Shown piece by piece: positions 27,728 through 32,000 of a stretch of DNA of 32,000 nt. How positions within the stretch are numbered: the stretch's first letter is position 1; every line of letters begins with the position of its first letter. The position numbers and the translations under genes were made by a program. This DNA is from Candidatus Fukatsuia endosymbiont of Tuberolachnus salignus (lineage in GTDB: Bacteria; Pseudomonadota; Gammaproteobacteria; Enterobacterales; Enterobacteriaceae): NCBI RefSeq assembly GCF_964030845.1, contig NZ_OZ034983.1, positions 1,650,737 through 1,682,736 on the forward strand. The letters are read 5' to 3'. The notes under the pieces were generated by a model. The model saw nothing but the letters and a program-made list of their open reading frames with translations. It was not told the origin of the DNA and searched no databases.

Positions 27728-27758
27728 TTTCAACATAACGTTATACCTTATACGCATT
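27728..27758 (-). other. dif-like site with a 9-nt central region, the putative hybrid junction (chromosomal XerC arm plus phage core)
   Basis: The minus strand reads AATGCGTATAA-GGTATAACG-TTATGTTGAAA. The XerC arm is 8/11 versus E. coli, and 10/11 versus the arm at 19056-19066. The XerD arm is 9/11. It has the same orientation as the 19039-19066 site. Confidence 0.55.
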
Positions 27759-27905
27759 AACATGGCGCCAACTGAGACTGGCTTGCGTACGGGCTTGTCA
27801 GGCCTGATCGTCACTGTTGTTCTCTGCGCTTAATAGCTCATAAATTCCCACTCCTTTCGATTCGAGCAGTGGTTTTTTAATGCTTCACAACTTTCTATTT
27901 TTAGA

Positions 27906-27928
27906 CTAATGTATGTTGTAACTAAAAA
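27906..27928 (+). promoter_or_regulatory. terB: Ter (Tus-binding replication terminator) site in the tus promoter, TerB-like
   Basis: CTAATGTATGTTGTAACTAAAAA versus E. coli TerB AATAAGTATGTTGTAACTAAAGT. The 16-nt core GTATGTTGTAACTAAA is identical, including the G6 position. It ends 23 bp upstream of the tus ATG, matching the E. coli TerB-tus autoregulatory arrangement. Confidence 0.8.
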
Positions 27929-27951
27929 GTTAAGATTATTAAGGGATAAAT

Positions 27952-28881
27952 ATGGATAAATATGCTTTGATTGATAAAATGGATACTCTGTTTGCTGAAC
28001 TTGAATTTGCGCTGGATAATATTCAACAACAATTGGCAAAGCTAACTCTTCTTTCCGCTCGTATTTTTATTTTACCTGATATAGAAAAAGGAACCGAACA
28101 CGATCCCATAGAGCAAATATCTGTGACACCAATAGAAGGCCAAGAGGCTTGTTATCTAGGTTTACAACATTTTCGACGTTTGTTTATTCATCATAATAAC
28201 CAAAATATTAGTAGTAAAGCAGCCGTTCGCTTACCGGGAGTTATGTGTTTTTCCGTTAATAATAATGAATATCTCTCCTGCCTAACTCAGATTTCTAAGA
28301 TAAATACCTTAAAATCTGAGTTAGAGCATATTATTACCGTCGAATCTGGTTTGCCAAGTGAGCAACGTTTTGAATTTGTTCATACACATTTACGCGGGTT
28401 AATAACACTCAATACATACCGTACACTGATACCTTTGATTAATCCAAGCTCAGTGCGTTTTGGTTGGGCAAATAAACATGTTATAAAAAATATTACCCGT
28501 AAAGATTTGCTAACTCGACTTGAGAAAAGTTTGAATGCCGGGCGAGCAATTCCTCCTTTTACCCGTGAGCAACGCGTGGCATGGATTAGTAAAGAAATTG
28601 ACGAAGTACAACAACTGCCAGAAAAAGCACGGCTTTTGATTAAGCGACCAGTGAAAGTACAACCTATTTCACGCGTATGGTATCAGGAACAACAGAAACA
28701 GGTACAACATCCCTGCTCTATGCCATTAATTGCATTATGCGAAAATCGTCATGGCGTTAATTTACCCAAAATGGGGGAACTAAAAAATTATGATGTCACT
28801 CAGGTGAAACATAAATATAAACCTAATGCTCGCCCACTGCGTTTGCTTCTCCCTCGATTACATCTCTATACATATGATTAG
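27952..28881 (+). CDS. tus: DNA replication terminus site-binding protein Tus
   Basis: ...SSKAAVRLPGVMCF...HIITVESGLPSEQRFEFVHTHLRGLITLNTYRTL...VRFGWANKHVIKN...IKRPVKVQPISRVWYQEQQKQVQH...YKPNARPLRLLLPRLHLY is collinear with E. coli Tus (309 aa). Confidence 0.95.
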   Translation: MDKYALIDKMDTLFAELEFALDNIQQQLAKLTLLSARIFILPDIEKGTEHDPIEQISVTPIEGQEACYLGLQHFRRLFIHHNNQNISSKAAVRLPGVMCFSVNNNEYLSCLTQISKINTLKSELEHIITVESGLPSEQRFEFVHTHLRGLITLNTYRTLIPLINPSSVRFGWANKHVIKNITRKDLLTRLEKSLNAGRAIPPFTREQRVAWISKEIDEVQQLPEKARLLIKRPVKVQPISRVWYQEQQKQVQHPCSMPLIALCENRHGVNLPKMGELKNYDVTQVKHKYKPNARPLRLLLPRLHLYTYD

Positions 28882-28904
28882 ATTTTTTGTTTTAAATCGT
28901 CATA

Positions 28905-29033
28905 GACAAAGAAAAAATGAGCGAAAAAGCGTAGTTTATTCTTTGTCTACAACAAAAAGGGAGTAAATGAGCATTTTGAGCTCTTTTTTGACGAAGTATC
29001 AGCGAGCACAAGAGATTTCGAACAGATTATTAG
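28905..29033. repeat. ERIC/MITE-like intergenic repeat, copy B (downstream of tus, left arm missing or replaced)
   Basis: GAAAAAATGAGCGAAAAAGCGTAGTTTA...AAAAGGGAGTAAATGAGCATTTTGAGCTCTTTTTTGACGAAGTATCAGCGAGCACAAGAGATTTCGAACAGATTATTAGAAG aligns with copies A and C. Confidence 0.65.
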
Positions 29034-29087
29034 AAGATAAGATGCCTAAAAACGCTGGGTACAACAGCTCCCCAGCGTGAGTTTTTT

Positions 29088-30497
29088 CTATTCGTTATTG
29101 TTTTTATTGACTGCGCTGCCTACCATATCTGCTGGTCGTACCCATTGATCAAATTCTTCCTCAGTTAATCCTAACGTCAGAGCAGAAGCCTTCAACGTCG
29201 TTCCTGTTTCATGCGCATTTTTGGCAATTTTGGCCGCTTTGTCATAACCAATGTGTGGGTTCAGCGCCGTTACCAGCATCAAAGAGTCATTAAGTAGTTG
29301 AGTAATACGTTTTTTATTGGGTTTAATACCTATTGCACAAAACTGGTCAAAACCACGAATACCATCAGCTAATAACCGGATAGATTGTAAATAGTTATGA
29401 ATGATCATCGGACGGAACACATTTAATTCAAAATTTCCGGAGGCACCACCGATGCTGATCGCGACGTCGTTACCCATCACTTGAGCACAAAGCATTGTCA
29501 TTGCTTCACATTGTGTCGGATTAACTTTGCCTGGCATGATGGAGCTACCTGGTTCATTTTCCGGAATGGATATTTCACCAATACCGCAGCGTGGACCCGA
29601 TGATAACCAACGGACATCATTGGCTATTTTCATTAATGAGGCAGCCAAACCTTTTAACGCACCATGACCATGAACCAACGCATCACAAGTTGCTAATGCT
29701 TCAAATTTATTAGGAGCAGTAACAAAAGGTTGTTTCGTGTACTTTGCAATTTCTTGTGCAACCTGTCCTGCATAGTCAGGATGTGTATTTAATCCAGTAC
29801 CAACTGCAGTGCCTCCCAAAGCCAGCTCGCACAAATGTGGGATTGTCGCTTCAATGTGTGTTTTGCTGTGTGCTAACATTGCCGCCCAACCAGATATCTC
29901 TTGCCCCAATGTCAGTGGTGTCGCATCCTGTAGATGAGTGCGCCCAATTTTAACAATGTCTTTGAAAGAGAGCTCTTTGTCTACCAGTGTCTGGTGTAAT
30001 TTTTCCAACGCTGGCAATAAATCTTTATGCATGCCCATCACCGCTGCAATATGCATCGCCGTAGGGAATACGTCGTTAGAACTTTGACTTTTGTTCACAT
30101 CATCGTTCGGATGAACTGGACTACCTTGACCACGTTGACCCTTCAAAATTTCGCTCGCACGATTCCCCAACACTTCATTCATATTCATATTGGTTTGTGT
30201 GCCGGATCCCGTTTGCCAGACAGAAAGTGGGAATTCGTCTGGATGCTTACCCTCAAGTACCTCGTCAGCAGCCTTAATAATGGCCTGCGCTTTTTTTTCG
30301 TCCAAAAGTTTTAAATTCATATTAACTTCCGCTGCAGCACGCTTGGTCACAGCTAACGCATAAATCAGTGCCTCAGGCATTTTTTCCTGCGAAATATCAA
30401 AATGCTTTAGTGAACGCTCAGTTTGCGCTCCCCATAAACGGTCATTAGCTACTTCAATGGGTCCCATTGAGTCTTTTTCTATGCGAGTAGCGGTCAT
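29088..30497 (-). CDS. fumC: Class II fumarate hydratase
   Basis: [29 protein letters not shown]... and the signature [25 protein letters not shown] sits before the ATG at 30497. The 32-codon upstream extension in the ORF track is unlikely to be translated. Confidence 0.96.
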   Translation of the reverse strand: MTATRIEKDSMGPIEVANDRLWGAQTERSLKHFDISQEKMPEALIYALAVTKRAAAEVNMNLKLLDEKKAQAIIKAADEVLEGKHPDEFPLSVWQTGSGTQTNMNMNEVLGNRASEILKGQRGQGSPVHPNDDVNKSQSSNDVFPTAMHIAAVMGMHKDLLPALEKLHQTLVDKELSFKDIVKIGRTHLQDATPLTLGQEISGWAAMLAHSKTHIEATIPHLCELALGGTAVGTGLNTHPDYAGQVAQEIAKYTKQPFVTAPNKFEALATCDALVHGHGALKGLAASLMKIANDVRWLSSGPRCGIGEISIPENEPGSSIMPGKVNPTQCEAMTMLCAQVMGNDVAISIGGASGNFELNVFRPMIIHNYLQSIRLLADGIRGFDQFCAIGIKPNKKRITQLLNDSLMLVTALNPHIGYDKAAKIAKNAHETGTTLKASALTLGLTEEEFDQWVRPADMVGSAVNKNNNE

Positions 30498-30691
30498 TAC
30501 TTTCTCCTCTAACAAATTAAATAGATTTCTTGCAAAACCGTCGTTCAAAACACCTGCATTATCCAGCATGATGATGTACAGAATCGGTACCATGTCATAT
30601 TAAAACAATTTATTTTGCGATTAATATAATAACTTGCGAGAATCTCTTGCAAAAGTTACAAAGGAGCAAAAAATTATAATGGAACAAAATT

Positions 30692-31879
30692 ATGCAAAAA
30701 ATGATCAACAGTGTGCAAAATTATTCCTGGGGCAGTACTGATGCTTTAACTCACTTGTATGGTATTGCCAATCCACAGAAAAAGCCCATGGCGGAACTGT
30801 GGATGGGTGCACATGCAAAGAATAGCTCTTACGTCATCGGTGCTAATGGGCAACCTTGTTCATTGCTCGAGCTAATCGCAAAGGATGTACAAGGCTGTCT
30901 GGGTAATGCCGCTGATTACGGTGAATTGCCTTTTTTGTTTAAGGTATTGTGTGCTGCACAACCATTATCGATTCAAGTTCATCCTAGTAAAAGAGCCGCT
31001 GAAATCGGGTTCGCTAAGGAAAATGCCGCAGATATTCCGCTCGATGCGCCAAATCGCAATTACAAGGATGCTAATCATAAACCCGAACTGGTCTATGCAC
31101 TAACACCCTTTCATGCGATGAATGGCTTTCGTACTATGGAAGATATGAACACCCTACTGCAACCGGTGTCGACAGCTCACCCTGATGTTGCTGTATTTTT
31201 GCAGAATCAAAACACAGCGAATCTAGCCAAATTATTCGCCAGTTTACTCGATATGACAGGTCAGACAAAAAACCGAGCATTGACGGTGTTAAAATCAGCG
31301 TTAAATCATCAACAAGGTGAACCTTGGGACACAGTTCGCAATATTGCTCAATTCTATCCAGAAGACAGCGGTTTATTCTCGCCATTACTACTCAACGTCG
31401 TTATGCTACAGCCTGGTGAAGCGATGTTTTTATCTGCTCAAACACCACACGCATACCTCAATGGAGTAGCATTAGAGGTAATGGCTAATTCAGATAACGT
31501 ATTACGCGCCGGTCTAACCGAAAAATTTATCGATATCCCTGAGTTAATGGCAAACCTGAAATTTATTGCCAAGCCGGTCAAAGATTTGCTAACAACACCA
31601 TTACACCAGGAAAATGAGTTAATCTTTCCTATCCCTGTGCGAGATTTTTCGTTTTCTATTCATGATCTCAGCGTTACGTCGCAGGTAATAACACAAAAAA
31701 GCGCCGCCATTATATTTTGTATCGAGGGCGAGGCCATTCTCGAAAAATTAAGCACACGAGAAAAATCTGCTCAAAAACTACATTTACAACCAGGTGAGTC
31801 TTGCTTTATCGTCGCTGATGAGTCTCCCATCAATGTCTACGGCTACGGACGGATTGCCAGAGTTTTTAATCGCTCATAA
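30692..31879 (+). CDS. manA: Mannose-6-phosphate isomerase, class I
   Basis: MQKMINSVQNYSWGS...MAELWMGAH...LPFLFKVLCAAQPLSIQVHP...NHKPELVYALTPF...PHAYLNGVALEVMANSDNVLRAGLT is collinear with E. coli ManA. Confidence 0.95.
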   Translation: MQKMINSVQNYSWGSTDALTHLYGIANPQKKPMAELWMGAHAKNSSYVIGANGQPCSLLELIAKDVQGCLGNAADYGELPFLFKVLCAAQPLSIQVHPSKRAAEIGFAKENAADIPLDAPNRNYKDANHKPELVYALTPFHAMNGFRTMEDMNTLLQPVSTAHPDVAVFLQNQNTANLAKLFASLLDMTGQTKNRALTVLKSALNHQQGEPWDTVRNIAQFYPEDSGLFSPLLLNVVMLQPGEAMFLSAQTPHAYLNGVALEVMANSDNVLRAGLTEKFIDIPELMANLKFIAKPVKDLLTTPLHQENELIFPIPVRDFSFSIHDLSVTSQVITQKSAAIIFCIEGEAILEKLSTREKSAQKLHLQPGESCFIVADESPINVYGYGRIARVFNRS

Positions 31880-31883
31880 TCGG

Positions 31884-32000
31884 CTCTAAGAACCTGTTCC
31901 AAATCTTCTTGAGCGACGCTCAGACGAAGAAGAAACTCACGAAAAAACGCAGTTTACAGAGAGTCACTGAGCATTTTGAGCGCGTTTTTGACGAATTACT
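31884..32000. repeat. ERIC/MITE-like intergenic repeat, copy C (downstream of manA, cut by the window end)
   Basis: GCTCTAAGAACCTGTTCCAAATCTTCTTGAGCGACGCTCAGACGAAGAAGAAACTCACGAAAAAACGCAGTTTACAGAGAGTCACTGAGCATTTTGAGCGCGTTTTTGACGAA. Its left arm is the inverted complement of the right arm seen in copies A and B (CTTAGAACCTGTTCGAAATCTCTTGTGCTCGCTGAT...). Confidence 0.65.

Larger units (their letters stand above)
19039..27758 (-). mobile_element. Filamentous (Inoviridae-like) prophage / Xer-exploiting integrative element, about 8.7 kb, inserted at dif
   Basis: A complete inovirus gene set lies on the minus strand (rep, ssb-like, small TM, major coat, pIII-like, pVI-like, pI/Zot, pIV secretin) with a divergent XRE repressor. 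It is bounded by dif-like sites at 19039-19066 and 27666-27758. Its GC mosaic differs from the flanks. The boundaries are inferred from the dif-like sites. Confidence 0.75.

Noticed and set aside
27651-28039. ORFs 27651-27833 (+) and 27830-28039 (-), which cover the attP hairpin, the spacer and the tus promoter/Ter site.
   Set aside because: They run through palindromic recombination sites and the Ter/tus promoter. They have no RBS, and the second overlaps the tus start in antisense. This DNA is better explained as cis-acting.

Overview
The window is about 40% GC by eye and comes from an Enterobacterales chromosome. Gene order and protein sequences are close to the E. coli, Yersinia or Photorhabdus type.

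Layout:
- 1-10.6 kb: conserved housekeeping block ychF-pth-prs-ispE-lolB / hemA-prfA-prmC-sirB1-kdsA, followed by tRNA-Ser(GGA).
- 10.8-12.6 kb: an orphan ORF and an OmpA-family gene.
- 12.7-16.0 kb: a truncated rsx/rnf operon (rsxD-rsxG-rsxE-nth, with no rsxABC upstream).
- 16.0-17.1 kb: an IS630-family element.
- 17.5-18.9 kb: an internally deleted rnb pseudogene.
- 27.9-31.9 kb: the terminus-region genes tus (with a TerB-like site in its promoter), fumC and manA.

Main result: between rnb and tus lies an 8.7 kb filamentous (Inovirus-like) prophage.
- Phage genes are the gene II-type replication protein, a putative ssDNA-binding protein, the major coat protein, pIII-like and pVI-like proteins, a Zot/pI ATPase and a pIV secretin.
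- A divergent XRE repressor faces the replication gene.
- The element is bounded by dif-like XerC/XerD sites.
- One end (19039-19066) matches E. coli dif exactly over 21 nt.
- The other end (27666-27758) carries two inverted dif-like sites around a perfect stem. In ssDNA these would fold into a CTXphi-style forked-hairpin attP.
- On the strand opposite the morphogenesis genes, the element carries two small two-gene modules (RelB/RelE and DUF4160/DUF2442). A solo LuxR/GerE-type regulator lies on the same strand as the morphogenesis genes.

Other notable points:
- Three copies of an ERIC/MITE-like imperfect-palindromic intergenic repeat.
- A truncated type III secretion chaperone gene at the left edge.
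- Several signs of genome decay or rearrangement: the rnb pseudogene, loss of rsxABC, and absence of sirB2 and fumA from their usual positions. These suggest a host-associated or degenerating lineage.

No CRISPR arrays or rRNA genes were seen.
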